This document shows positions 13,383 to 26,589 of a DNA stretch of 64,000 nt, piece by piece. The position numbers and the translations under genes are program-made. Under the pieces are notes generated by a model. It did not search any database, had not been told where the DNA came from, and worked only from the letters and a program-made list of their open reading frames with translations. The first letter of the stretch is position 1; the number at the start of each line of letters is the position of its first letter. Source of the stretch: Macrostomum lignano (Eukaryota). The stretch is taken from assembly GCA_002269645.1 (NCBI GenBank), contig NIVC01001565.1, forward strand, positions 62,001-126,000, read 5' to 3'.

Positions 13383-14068
13383 TCAGATAAGCGACCTACT
13401 CAGAGGCGATTCTGAAGGCGCCGGTTCCGACTTGCCGGCGCTGCCACTGCCGCCGCCGCCGCCGCCAGCCGCAGCGGCCTGCAGCAGCATGCTGTACGCG
13501 GCCAGCGATTTCTGAAAGTCAGCCGCTGCCGCCGCGGCCGCAGCTGCAGCCGCAGTCGTTCCGGATGTTTGACTCGCCGACGAGGTCCCCATTGTTGGTG
13601 TTGCGTTGGCCAGCGTCGACATGACAGCTGCGGGAGAGAAGCCGCCTGAGTCGGCGGACGAAGCAGCCGCGGCGGCGGCAGCAGCGGCGGCAGCAGCGGA
13701 GGCCCAGCTGCTGCTGCTTGGAGCGTGCTGCGGCGGCGGCGGGGGCGGGGGCGGCGGACAATAGCCCGGTGGCAGCATGGCGGCCGCGGCGGCAGCGGCA
13801 GCGGCGGCGGCTGCGTAGCTGCCGTAGAGGTGCTGGGAGAGCTGCTCGGCAGCGGATGAGGTCGGGTGGTGCCGGTGGTGTTGAGCGTGGGCGGCGCTGA
13901 CGGGAGGGTAGAAGCTGGGGAAGCCAGCGGCCAGGGCCCGCGCCTTCTCGATGGCCAGCAGCGCCTCGGCTGGGTGGCCGGACGCTCCGCCGCCGGCCAT
14001 GGGGTGGCACAGAAGACCGGCGCCAAAGTGCGGCGGCAGCGGCGGCGGAGGCGGTGGCGGCGGAAGGC
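13383..14068 (-). CDS. SoxB2: SoxB2-group HMG-box transcription factor, exon 2 (Ala/Pro/His-rich C-terminus to TGA)
   Basis: Acceptor CCTTGCAG|GC at 14069/14068, phase 1, matching the exon 1 donor; open to TGA at 13383; joined CDS 1362 nt = 453 aa. Confidence 0.85.
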
Positions 14069-14892
14069 CTGCAAGGTGGTGGTTCAATTTCAAGTGCCAA
14101 TTTCTGGATTTAAAAAATCTGGATTTCTATGAAAAAAATTATAGATTCATAATCGGCCTTCAAAAAACGTGTTTTAAAGTTCGAGATGGCCGAGTTTTTA
14201 CGCCAAATTTTTAACCTCATGCTGTCTCGCTATGCCCTGATAATAAAACTATAAATTTATTGCCAGTTTCAGATTTCGAAGTCAATTCAGCACCAACTTC
14301 AACAGCCCCCCTGAACAGAATTGAATTGGCGGGTTGCGGACGCGAAGCCTTGTCTAAATGTCGACAGGAAAACGGTAAAACACCCCCACTACGTTATGAC
14401 AGTGCGGGAGGTTAACATTTTTCGATGACTTGGAATTGCTTTTTTATATTGTCAGATAAGATGCTGCTAATCTATTCGGGCAAGCCAAATGCATAATCAG
14501 CCCCCACAAACGAATACCAGGCATCCCCTGCAAACCCGCTTGACATATGGCAACAGTTTGTAGTCGCGGAATTCGCAACGGGGGGGGGCTCTCTGCCTGC
14601 AGCTGTATGCAGTGTGTAGCAAAACAAAAAAATTGAGAATTGCACCAAATTGGAGAATTTGATCAACATTCTCTCTGTTCCGCCTGTACATGTATATGGA
14701 GTGAAGGCGGGAGGGTCTCACATAACAAAATAGAGAAGGAGCTTAATTAATTCCTTCCCCAAGGCCTAATTATCATGCCCGATTATTGCACCAGAAAGCT
14801 ATGATGTTATTCGTTTCCAGCTATTGGGCCACAAACTGCATGGACTCGAAATTGTAACGAGGCAAGAATTCAATTATCAATTCCTATGGGCG

Positions 14893-15700
14893 CTGTGAAT
14901 CCTCTTGAGGAGGGGTTGTGAATCCTCTTGAGGAGGGGTCGTGAATCCTCTTGAGGAGGGGCTGTGAATCCTCTTGAGGAGGGGTTGTGAATCCTCTTGA
15001 GGAGGGGTTGTGAATCCTCTTGGGAGGGGTTGTGAATCCTCTTGAGGAGGGGTTGTGAATCCTCTTGAGGAGGGGTTGTGAATCCTCTTGGGGAGGGGTT
15101 GTGAATCCTCTTGAGGAGGGGTTGTGAATCCTCTTGAGGAGGGGTTGTGAATCCTCTTGGGGAGGGGTTGTGAATCCTCTTGAGGAGGGGTTGTGAATCC
15201 TCTTGAGGAGGGGTTGTGAATCCTCTTGAGGAGGGGTTGTGAATCCTCTTGAGGAGGGGCTGTGAATCCTCTTGAGGAGGGGCTGTGAATCCTCTTGAGG
15301 AGGGGCTGTGAATCCTCTTGAGGAGGGGCTGTGAATCCTCTTGAGGAGGGGCTGTGAATCCTCTTGAGGAGGGGTTGTGAATCCTCTTGAGGAGGAGTTG
15401 TGAATCCTCTTGAGGAGGGGTTGTGAATCCTCTTGAGGAGGGGTTGTGAATCCTCTTGAGGAGGGGTTGTGAATCCTCTTGAGGAGGGGTTGTGAATCCT
15501 CTTGAGGAGGGGTTGTGAATCCTCTTGAGGAGGGGTTGTGAATCCTCTTCAGGAGGGGTTGTGAATCCTCTTGAGGAGGGGTTGTGAATCCTCTTGAGGA
15601 GGGGTTGTGAATCCTCTTGAGGAGGGGTTGTGAATCCTCTTGAGTAGGTTGTGAATCCTTTTGAGTAGGTTGTGAATCTTCTTGAGTAGGGGTTGTGAAT
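14893..15700. repeat. 23-bp minisatellite (TGTGAATCCTCTTGAGGAGGGGT)n inside the SoxB2 intron
   Basis: About 35 copies; the unit contains the near-palindrome TCCTC-TT-GAGGA. Confidence 0.95.
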
Positions 15701-15735
15701 CCAAATGAAACCAGAAGTCATGATGATTCACTCAC

Positions 15736-16040
15736 CTGACATCACCGGGATGGGGAAGTAGCGCTCCTTCTTGACCAGACTCTTTGGCTTGCGCCTCGGC
15801 CTGTACTTGTAGTCCGGGTGCTCCTTCATGTGGATGGCGCGCAGCCTCTTGGCCTCATCTATAAACGGCCGCTTGTCCTCATCGGTGAGCAGCTTCCACT
15901 CAGCGCCGAGTCGCTTGCTGATCTCCGAGTTGTGCATCTTCGGATTCTCCTGCGCCATCTTGCGGCGCTGGCCCCGGCTCCACACCATGAAGGCATTCAT
16001 CGGCCGCTTCACGTGACTGTCGTGCATCAGCTGGCCGCCT

Positions 16041-16071
<31 letters not shown>

Positions 16072-16411
16072 TGCCGCTGCCGCCGGGGTCGCCGCTGCCG
16101 GAGCTACTGATGCCGTACATGTCGACATCATTGTCGTAGTCATTGCCGGCTGCGTCAACGACGTCCTCATCTTCGTTGGATGCTGCGACGTCCATGCGGC
16201 GGACAGCGGGCGGCAGCTGCAGGCTGCAGGCGCCACTCGCCGCGAGGGAAGTCGGCATCGGCGGCAGCGGCGGCAGCGTCGGCAGGTGGGCCGACACCGC
16301 CAGGGATGACGATGACGTTGAAGACGACGTGGCGGCAGCGGCTGCGGCTGCCACCGCGGCAGCCTGAAGGTTGAGCATGTCCTGCACAGAGTGGTGCGCC
16401 ATTAGAGACAT
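15736..16411 (-). CDS. SoxB2: SoxB2-group (Sox14/Sox21-like) HMG-box transcription factor, exon 1
   Basis: HMG box [40 protein letters not shown]...[21 protein letters not shown]; the H before VK and the RRKPK tail are SoxB2 rather than SoxB1 (RVK, RRKTK); first ATG at 16411; donor G|GTGAGT at 15736/15735. Confidence 0.93.
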
Positions 16412-16898
16412 TTGACTGCGAGTCCTGCTGCTGCTGTGCGAGGGTTCGGGTTGGTGTTTGGAAGGCTCCAAGCTGTGGAGTCCCGCAGCCTGGTTTTATA
16501 GCTTACCCGGGGGGGGGGTTAACAAAAAAAAACGATGGAGCCGAAAGATTGCTGCTGGGGTTGGGTGGGGGGCCTCGATCCCCCCTGGCTGGATTGGGTG
16601 GCTCTGGGCGCCGGTCTCTCGTCATTGGCTGCCCTTCCCCAGACCAGCTGCCAAGCCTGAAGCAGAATCCCCTGTTTAGGTTAGTCAACTGCTGGTTTAT
16701 AACTCACTTTATCCCCGCTAATCCGCGATGCTGCTCAAATGTTGAACAGATACAAACTGTTATAACCGCGGCCTGTTTGGCTGTCTTTTCTGACTTTGAA
16801 TTCAAGTGAGACGAAGCGAAGACAGACACAATAAATAAGAGCTACCGCCACTCAGCCAAAGAGGCCGAGATCTAAAGTCTGGAGTGGCGAATCATCTC

Positions 16899-17700
16899 CC
16901 CCATATTCAGACAACTGTAGGCTGACTGCGGAGCCTGGAGTAGCGACTCTCCTCTGAACCTCCCCCATATTCAGACAACTGTAGGCTGACTGCGGAGCCT
17001 TGGAGTAGCGACTCTCCTCTGAACCTCCCCCATATCCAGACAACTGTAGGCTGACTGCGGAGCCTTGGAGTAGCGACTCTCCTCTGAACCTCCCCCATAT
17101 CCAGACAACTGTAGGCTGACTGCGGAGCCTGGAGTAGCGACTCTCCTCTGAACCTCCCTCATATCCAGACAACTGTAGGCTGACTGCGGAGCCTGGAGTA
17201 GCGACTCTCCTCTGAACCTCCCTCATATCCAGACAACTGTAGGCTGACTGCGGAGCCTTGGAGTAGCGACTCTCCTCTGAACCTCCCCCATATTCAGACA
17301 ACTGTAGGCTGACTGCGGAGCCTGGAGTAGCGACTCTCCTCTGAACCTCCCTCATATCCAGACAACTGTAGGCTGACTGCGGAGCCTGGAGTAGCGACTC
17401 TCCTCTGAACCTCCCCCATATTCAGACAACTGTAGGCTGACTGCGGAGCCTGGAGTAGCGACTCTCCTCTGAACCTCCCTCATATCCAGACAACTGTAGG
17501 CTGACTGCGGAGCCTTGGAGTAGCGACTCTCCTCTGAACCTCCCTCATATCCAGACAACTGTAGGCTGACTGCGGAGCCTTGGAGTAGCGACTCTCCTCT
17601 GAACCTCCCCATATCCAGACAACTGTAGGCTGACTGCGGAGCCTTGGAGTAGCGACTCTCCTCTGAACCTCCCCCATATCCAGACAACTGTAGGCTGACT
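16899..17700. repeat. 63-64-bp minisatellite upstream of SoxB2
   Basis: About 12 copies of CCCCATATCCAGACAACTGTAGGCTGACTGCGGAGCC(T)TGGAGTAGCGACTCTCCTCTGAACCT. Confidence 0.95.
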
Positions 17701-18710
17701 AGAGCTCTATACAATCAAAGTTCAACCAAACCAAAGTTAGGGATAACTGAAAAAAAACTGATGCAGAAGCCCGCCTAAGTAAACCTGCTAGTCAGCTCAT
17801 GGTTGCCCGAGTATGTGCGGGTTGCTGTTTTGCTGCTCCAGACTGCTAGCCTTGGGCCTTCTTGGCCCCTGCAGCCCCGAAACGCTCAATTCAAACAAGA
17901 CGAAGATAAATTAGCCCGAATACAAAAGACATTTTCAATTGCAAAGTGAATGTGAATTATATAAAAAATAGAAAAATAAGTTTTGCTTGGCGAGCTCAGC
18001 TTCATGGGCGTATTATACAATGAGCTGAGAATAATAGCTGAGAAGATTTGTTTTTGTCTGATAGATTGTATGGACACGGGCTTGTCGGTGTGTTTCTCCA
18101 GCACCCAGGCGCACCTCTGTATGGCCAAGCGGCATGCAGACAGTATAGCTGTAACTTATGCCAAAGTGGGCATCAATGGCCCTTGCTCAATGCCTCATTG
18201 TTACTCTCAGCCTTGTCTCAGCATGTGGCAGATATTATAAGCCGCTCAGAAAATAATACATACATACAATCCACACTCTCTGCCGCATTGTCTGGCACTA
18301 TTGTTGAGAAGAGAAAATTCTATTATATTTAATTGTAATCTGTTTAATAAATGCGCCCCGACGGTTGCAGATGAATAGGCTATTTAATATATTAGCTTAC
18401 ACTGAAATATTGCCACTTTTGTACAACACTGCAGCCCCAGGAGATAAAGGCTTGGGCTCTGTCTGTGGCAGGTGAAGCAAAATGACGCTCGACTCCAGCA
18501 TACACTCAAAGAAGATCAAATGCAGCGTCCTACTTTACTTCTCCGTGGGTTTGGGGACAGTTTAAAAATTTGGTATTAATCTCCTTTTTTGTTGTCATTT
18601 TTTTAGTTGGCTATTCTTTCTATCTATATTTAATCCTTGTTCTTTGTTTTTTAACCTTTACTTAACTCTGTTGTGCCAACATTGGGCCAGAAGGGGCCAA
18701 TCACGCACCG

Positions 18711-20137
18711 ATCTGCCTGCAAGAGTGACCAATCTGCCTGCAAGAGTGACCAATCTGCCTGCAAGAGTGACCAATCTGCCTGCAAGAGTGACCAATCTGC
18801 CTGCAAGAGTGACCAATCTGCCTGCAAGAGTGACCAATCTACCTGAAAGAGTGACCAATCTGCCTGCAAGAGTGACCAATCTGCCTGCAAGAGTGACCAA
18901 TCTACCTGAAAGAGTGACCAATCTACCTGCAAGAGTGACCAATCTACCTGCAAGAGTGACCAATCTACCTGCAAGAGTGACCAATCTACCTGCTAGAGTG
19001 ACCAATCTTCTTGTACCATTAACCAATCTACCTGCACGAGTGACCAATCTGCCTGCAAGAGTGACCAATCTTCTTGTACCATTAACCAATCTACCTGCAC
19101 GAGTGACCAATCTGCCTGCAAGAGTGACCAATCTACCTGCACGAGTGACCAATCTACCTGAAAGAGTGACCAATCTACCTGCTAGAGTGACCAATCTTCT
19201 TGCACGATTGACCAATCTACCTGCAAGAGTGACCAATCTACCCACAAGAGTGACCAATGTACCTGCAAGAGTGACCAATCTACCTGCAAGAGTGACCAAT
19301 CTACCTGCAAGAGTGACCAATGTACCTGCAAGAGTGACCAATCTACCTGCACGATTGACCAATCTACCTGCACGATTGACTAATCTACATGTACTTGCAA
19401 GAGTGACCAATCTACCTGCACGATTGACCAATCTACCTGCACGATTGACTAATCTACATGTACTTGCAAGAGTGACCAATATGCCTGCAAGAGTGACCAA
19501 TCATCTACTTGCACGAGTGACCAATCTACCTGCAAGAGTGACCAATCTACCTGCAAGAGTGACCAATCATCTACTTGCACGAGTGACCAATCTACCTGAA
19601 AGAGTGACCAATCTACCTGCTAGAGTGACCAATCTTCTTGCACGATTGACCAATCTACCTGCAAGAGTGACCAATCTACCCACAAGAGTGACCAATGTAC
19701 CTGCAAGAGTGACCAATCTACCTGCAAGAGTGACCAATCTACCTGCAAGAGTGACCAATGTACCTGCAAGAGTGACCAATCTACCTGCACGATTGACCAA
19801 TCTACCTGCACGATTGACTAATCTACATGTACTTGCAAGAGTGACCAATCTACCTGCACGATTGACCAATCTACCTGCACGATTGACTAATCTACATGTA
19901 CTTGCAAGAGTGACCAATATGCCTGCAAGAGTGACCAATCATCTACTTGCACGAGTGACCAATCTACCTGCAAGAGTGACCAATCTACCTGCAAGAGTGA
20001 CCAATCATCTACTTGCACGAGTGACCAATCTACCTGCAAGAGTGACCAATCATCTACTTGCACGAGTGACCAATCTACCTGCAAGAGTGACCAATCATCT
20101 ACTTGCACGAGTGACCAATCTACCTGCAAAAGTGACC
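18711..20137. repeat. 21-bp minisatellite (CTGCCTGCAAGAGTGACCAAT)n with longer variants and a 438-bp higher-order duplication
   Basis: Explains the LPARVTN ORF; identical ORFs at 19182 and 19620. Confidence 0.95.
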
Positions 20138-20614
20138 AAATCTCTTCCGAGGACGCATGCTACTTGACTCAATAGACTCAAACGCGAGCATTGAAAAACA
20201 AACAGTTAAGCTTGAGTCGAATAATTTATTCGACCCCAATTGAATTAGCCAGTAGGCAAAAATCAGCCAGCTAAGTTCATGTTGGGGGATGCTGAGGGGG
20301 CGACTCTGTGCGTGCGAGTTTGGCGGCGCACGCGACACAATTTCAGAATTTTGATAGCTCCTCATAGTAGTCGCTTTATCCCGTATAGCCTGTGCCTTTC
20401 CGGTGGCGCGGAGCCGTCAGCATGAATCAAAGCGCCCTCTTGGCAAGCCATTCTGTGCAAATTAATTAAATTGTTGTTTCAACTCCCCCTCGTCACTTTT
20501 CTGCAGCTAATTACATTTAGTCCATGCAGTGTCCGACTGAACTCAAGGCTCGCGTCCGCTCCTAGGAATTGCAGCTTGCTTGGTTTCGCTGTATGCTATC
20601 TTGTCTGCTGTGGG

Positions 20615-21178
20615 ACTGAGAGTTGGGCCTGCATGTCCATTCACCTGTCACTGAGAGTTGGGCCTGCATGTCCATTCACCTGTCACTGAGAGTTGGGCCT
20701 GCATGTCCATTCACCTGTCACTGAGAGTTGGGCCTGCATGTCCATTCACCTGTCACTGAGAGTTAGGCCTGCATGTCCATTCACCTGTCACTGAGAGTTG
20801 GGCCTGCATGTCCATTCACCTGTCACTGAGAGTTGGGCCTGCATGTCCATTCACCTGTCACTGAGAGTTGGGCCTGCATGTCCATTCACCTGTCACTGAG
20901 AGTTGGGCCTGCATGTCCATTCACCTGTCACTGAGAGTTGGGCCTGCATGTCCATTCACCTGTCACTGAGAGTTGGGCCTGCATGTCCATTCACCTGTCA
21001 CTGAGAGTTGGGCCTGCATGTCCATTCACCTGTCACTGAGAGTTGGGCCTGCATGTCCATTCACCTGTCACTGAGAGTTGGGCTTGCATGTCCATTCACC
21101 TGTCACTGAGAGTTAGGCCTGCATGTCAATTCACCTGGCACTGAGAGTTGGGCCTGCATGTCAATTCACCTGTCACTG
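20615..21178. repeat. 35-bp minisatellite (TGAGAGTTGGGCCTGCATGTCCATTCACCTGTCAC)n
   Basis: About 16 nearly perfect copies. Confidence 0.95.
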
Positions 21179-22754
21179 AAGGTTTAACCTGGCCCTGTAA
21201 CCCTGTCTGTCATGGAAATTTTGCGATTTACCGGTTCCCTATAATTTCATCAGTATACAGTTTTTCCTACCTTGAGACTGGCCGCAGGAAATCGATAATT
21301 TAAGGCTAATAAAGGGTGAATTTATCGGCATCTCAAATAGCAGCGCTAGCTGGCCAAGAAGTGAGTAGCAGCAAATTAAAGCAGCAAATTTAGATCGCTG
21401 TAAGAGAATGTCAATCACATTGTGCACCAGCATAGCTCAATAATGTATTCACACGATGGCAGCTTTCAACGGGGGGGGCATGTCAAAATCTTTCTGACCA
21501 ATTATAATGCGATTGACAGTTGCATCGTCCAGCGCGGACTGCAGGTTTTATTTTAACAAAATCGATAAGCCGTAAAGATTGTAAATGGACACTGAAAACA
21601 ACCGATAAATACGGCTAGTGCGGTCTGAATGTGGTCTGCGTGAATTTTGCAAAAATGTGACTTTTATCAATGAAGATATACTTTCTCTGTATTTTAAACT
21701 TAAAGACAGGCGCTTTTCAATCTAGAACTATTTTATTTCCTCTGTGAGTTCTGGGGAATTCGTTCAATTTTGAAATATCAGATTCCATCAATTCATATCC
21801 ACGCCGAGGTGTACTGCCCGCAGCCGGCGCAGGAGGTGCTGCTGACGCTGATGCGGACACCCTACCAGCCCTGCGACGCTGCTGTCACTTTTAATGACCT
21901 CGTGATGTTTTTTGTTGTTTATTTTGAGTGCACAGAAAATCATCAATGCATGTAAGCTGAGACCAGGGATGAGTTGCCACTTGAGCTGTCTCAACTAAAC
22001 AAGAGAGTCGCACAGACTTGGCAGTAGAAGTGGATGCGCTAAGCGCATAAAAGCCAGCGGATTAGCATTCGCCACAGTGACAAAAGTGGCCCATTAAAGG
22101 CAGCAGCTAGAAAAGCTTCATCATAATTCTTTCAATCCATGCAAAAGGGGACGAGCTGGGGCAGGCAAGTGGATCAGCAGAGCGGCCAGTGCCACTCTTC
22201 AACTCCATTCCAGCTTATCGGCAAGTCCCAGGAGCAGCAAATCAAGCAGCAGCTCGTGCGCGTCCCGTATCACTTTTCAGATTTCTTGCTCCAGCCCTCC
22301 AACTATAGCTATTTTCTTTTCTTTCTAAGAAAAGCCTTTTCTCCAACAGCCTTATTTCGGTCTCACAATGACTTAAAAATCTGAGTCCGAAGCGAGTATA
22401 GTTCGATAATCTGACCCCCAACCCCCTCAACTTCTCAAGCCCCTCGTGAAACTGGTGGAGACTTTATCCCGTGGGAGATGGAGGGGGAGAACCAGAGAAG
22501 AAGAGGGTTTTGAGGGGGGGGGTCGAATTTTAGGCCGATGAAGCGAGAAAAGCGTCCTGGAGGAGGCGAAATATGGTGCTGTGGATTTTAAAATCGGCCC
22601 CAATGTCAATCTCCAGACCGTGGTAAGTTGAACCGGAAGTACAGATGGCTTCTTATGTCCTGTTCTTGAGACTACAGTGGAAAACATAATTGGTTGGCTA
22701 CTCAGGAATCCAGTGATATCTGATAAGCGTACTAATTTCTTATTTAGACAAAAG

Positions 22755-23310
22755 TCTTGTATGGGTAGACCCAACTTTTGCATGAGCAGACCTAACTCTT
22801 GTATGAGCAAACTCAACTCTTGTATGAGCAAACTCAACTCTTGTATGAGCAAACTCAACTCTTGTATGAGCAGACCTAACTCTTGTATGAGCAGACCTAA
22901 CTCTTGTATGAGCAAACTCAACTCTTGTATGAGCAAACTCAACTCTTGTATGAGCAGACCTAACTCTTGTATGAGCAAACTCAACTCTTGTATGAGCAGA
23001 CCTAACTCTTGTATGAGCAGACCTAACTCGTGTATGAGCAGACCTAACTCGTGTATGAGCAGACCTAACTCTTGTATATATGAGCAAACTCAACCCTTGT
23101 ACCTAACTCTTGTATGAGCAAATTCAATCCTTGTATGAGTAGACCTAACTCTTGTATGAGCAGACCTAACTCGTGTATGAGCAGACCTAACTCTTGTATA
23201 TATGAGCAAACTCAACCCTTGTACCTAACTCTTGTATGAGCAAACTCAATCCTTGTATGAGCAGACCTAACTCTTGTATGAGCAAACTCAACCATTGTAT
23301 GAGCAGACCT
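22755..23310. repeat. 21-bp minisatellite (TGTATGAGCAAACTCAACTCT / TGTATGAGCAGACCTAACTCT)n
   Basis: Two alternating unit variants in tandem. Confidence 0.93.
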
Positions 23311-25527
23311 TGTATGAGCACACCGAAGTTTTTTTATAAATAAACTAATATTTATCAATGATCGTAGACTCAAATCTTGTAAGTAGGCTCAACACTTTAA
23401 TGGGTAGACTTAATAATTTTTAAGCAAATCAGAAACATACATCTTAAGACCAATCAGAATCAATCAGCCCATCTATGAGCATATAATTCCTACTACTCAT
23501 CTATGAGATGATCCCCCAGCCCAGAGACTCAAAAGCGAATACGGACAAAAAGCGCGTGAAAAGTGGGGGGAGGTCCGGAGCTGTCAGGGTTTCAGGATAA
23601 AAGAGAAATGGGCACAAAATAGCCCGGGTGTGAAGCTGAGTGACAGGGAGGGAGGGAGGGAGAGTTGGAGGGGGCCTGATCCATTCTAATCTCCCTCTTC
23701 CAGTCTCCTGCTGTCGCGTGGTGGGTCAAAAACAGAGGCTTTGTTCTTTGTTTGAGGGGCTGAGGCAGGCAGGCAGGCAGCAGGACTGCATTGCTCCGCC
23801 GGCGCCATGATATTATTCAGACTGCGAGGTCCCCCACCTGCATCTTTCATTTTCTCCCAGGAGGTTTTGTCTCTCTCTCGCAGTCACTCTTTCACGCACA
23901 CAAAACTCAATTCTCTTCTAAACTTCCCCAAACTTCCATGGGCTGGCCAGCCTCCCTCCTCAGTTGCTTTTGGTCTACGGGACAATTGAGGCTTTTGGGA
24001 ATTAAATAATATTTGCAGTTTCTCTCTCGCCCACGTCACTGCTAGCCACAGCCTCCATCTGGAAGTGGTCCCGTATATATTATACTCGCCCGCCTCTCTT
24101 CATCCCAAGTGCTCTGAGGAAATAATTGGCATTTGAAATCGCCTAGCTACTCCAACCGAGTCCCGGGGGCATCGGCAAGGCCAAACACAATATTGCTTCC
24201 CCCCCTTTTGCTTTTCTGCCGCGCGGACCGGCTCACAGTAATATACGGAGCACACTACTTTTTGGAGGCATTGTTTAACCATCAAACTTATTAATGCTGC
24301 GGGGCCATCTTCTTGTGGCTTGCAGCTCCAAACCGATGGTCCTTGAATGGACCCGCCCCAGCCCTTCTGCACTGGGCTTTAGTAGGCAGGCAATCTGTCG
24401 AGTGAAGCTGATGCAGCACAGTGGGATCTTAGAGAGCTTCTGTACGAACAGCTTCCTCACGCGTTGGTTCAAGATATTCGAGTTTAACCGCGAGCTGCAG
24501 GGCAGGGTTCAATTAGGAAGGCCCGATCGTCACACTCGAAGAATAAGAAAACTGAAGAGACCCGGCGCCGCATAATCTTTGCAGACGGTTTTCGAACGCG
24601 CTTGTCAAGTATTGGCGACTTGCATAACGGACTCTTGGCCACGAACCGACAGTTGAGATCCCGCAAGCCCAGCAGTTAGTTCGTCACAAAAACAATGTCT
24701 CTTGACCGGGTGAATCCACTACACAGTGGGATATTAATTGCGGCACAGTTCCTGACAATTCCAGCTTCCTTTGGCCTCTCCATCCAAGTCTTTGATGTTA
24801 ATCCCGTTAATCATAGCAGATTTCTATAGCCCAGTAAGGATGGCGACCGAAGCCTGTTAAATCCGCAAGACCTTTCTCTCGCCGGAATCGAGATTTTTGT
24901 AATTAACAATCTCCAGCTCTTTGTCGCCGATGCAAGCCAAGCAGCGGCAAATAAGAATGGAAATCTTTCACTCGGAGGAAATAAAAAAGCCGAACGAAGC
25001 CTCGGAGATAAAATGCCCGGTGATCAAATCAGAGAACATTTTGGCTTCCACTTCAAAGGCCTCAAAAACAACTTCAAGATCCGACAGGCAGTTTGAGATG
25101 CGCCTAATTAGTAATTCCTTTTCAGACCGACGCGAAGCCATGTTTTTAGAAAGCTGAAAGCGAAACTCTCCGATAACTTGTTTGCCTTTGTCTCGCATCC
25201 GCCCGCGGTGTTTTTCTCAATCAGTCCAGATTCAATAGCTTCATTACAAATCCTATATGCTAGCGCAACACGCTACTTATATGTCAGCTGCAAGTAGTGC
25301 ATAGGGAGATTTAAGAAAATAATCAAGACAAAAAGAAAGTATCAGTAAGATTTCTTCCTTAGCAACAATTTTTTTGCTTCCAATGCGACAGAGGTCGTCA
25401 ACAGTCAATTATTAGCAATTCGCGCCATCATTAATCAGCATTCTCAATATGGCTAATAAAGCCAAATAAACCTTGTCACAATGTCTCGGGAGTGTCACAA
25501 CCGGCAAATTGATTGCATTCAATATAT

Positions 25528-25808
25528 CTATTCCTTATCGCCCTTGTTCACGATCACCTTGGTGCCGCGGAGGCGACCGGTGCGTCTGGCGGCGATCAGG
25601 CCGACCTTGCGACCGGCGCTGGTGTCCCGGCGGATGGTGCTCGGTTTGCCGATGTGCTGGTGGTTGCCACCGCCGAACGGATGGTCCACCGGGTTCATAC
25701 AGACACCGCGTACTTTTGGCCAGCAGTTGCGCTTCACCTTGTACTTCCAGTAGGCCCGGCCGGCCTTCATAATCGGCTTGTCGATGCGACCACCGCCGGC
25801 TATGATGC
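25528..25808 (-). CDS. RPL8: 60S ribosomal protein L8 (uL2), last coding exon
   Basis: [54 protein letters not shown]...; acceptor CTGTAG|GC; TAG at 25528; joined CDS 780 nt = 259 aa. Confidence 0.96.
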
Positions 25809-25844
25809 CTACAGGGGATGGCATTTGGGTTGCCCTGACACTTG

Positions 25845-26190
25845 CGGTCTGACTCTGGTCCTGACCGACACTCGTTCTCTGACTAGTCCTGACTGACTCT
25901 GGGCCTGACCGACACTCGTTCTCTGACTAGTCCTGACCGACACTCGTTCTCTGACTAGTCCTGACCGACACTCGTTCTCTGACTAGTCCTGACCGACACT
26001 CGTTCTCTGACTAGTCCTGACCGACACTCGTTCTCTGACTAGTCCTGACTGACTCTGGGCCTGACCGACACTCGTTCTCTGACTAGTCCTGACTGACTCT
26101 GGGCCTGACCGACACTCGTTCTCTGACTAGTCCTGACTGACTCTGTGCCTGACTGACACTTGTTCTCTGACTCTGGGCCTGACTGACACT
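25845..26190. repeat. 28-bp minisatellite (CTGACCGACACTCGTTCTCTGACTAGTC)n in RPL8 intron
   Basis: Tandem copies with occasional CTGACTGACTCTGGGC inserts. Confidence 0.9.
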
Positions 26191-26312
26191 TTTTCCTTTA
26201 ATTAGGAAATTACTGACATTTATTCTCTGACACTGGACGGACTTGACTCCCGAATGACACTAATTGTTTTTTTGGACCCCTGGGTACAGCAATAGCACAC
26301 GCCTACACTTAC

Positions 26313-26531
26313 CAACCATGGCCCGACAGGCAGACGGCACAATCTTTTTGGCTCCGCTGGGCAGCTTCATGCGCGATCGTTTAGTCTCCGGGTTGTGCGC
26401 AACGAGAGTGGCGTAGTTGCCAGACGCCTTGGCCAGGCGGCCGCGATCGCCGGCCTTCTCCTCTATGCAGCAGATGATGGTGCCTTCGGGCATAGCGCCC
26501 AGCGGCAGGATGTTGCCGACCTGCAGCTTGG
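26313..26531 (-). CDS. RPL8: 60S ribosomal protein L8, middle coding exon
   Basis: (A)[41 protein letters not shown]...CRAMV; acceptor TCGCAG|CC; donor G|GTAAGT. Confidence 0.96.
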
Positions 26532-26589
26532 CTGCGAATGGGTGGAACAGCGAGGTAGGTTAGAATAAGCCTTTGCTGCTGGGAGTGTC

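Noticed and set aside
16412-16471. SoxB2 N-terminal extension MEPSKHQ...
   Set aside because: It begins at TTG; the first ATG is at 16411. An upstream exon cannot be excluded, but I have no evidence for one.
18644-20167. 507-aa LPARVTN-repeat ORF, and similar repeat ORFs at 9-584, 3931-4642, 5631-6191, 14870-15721 and 61189-62188
   Set aside because: Translations of minisatellites, with no non-repetitive domain or splice support.
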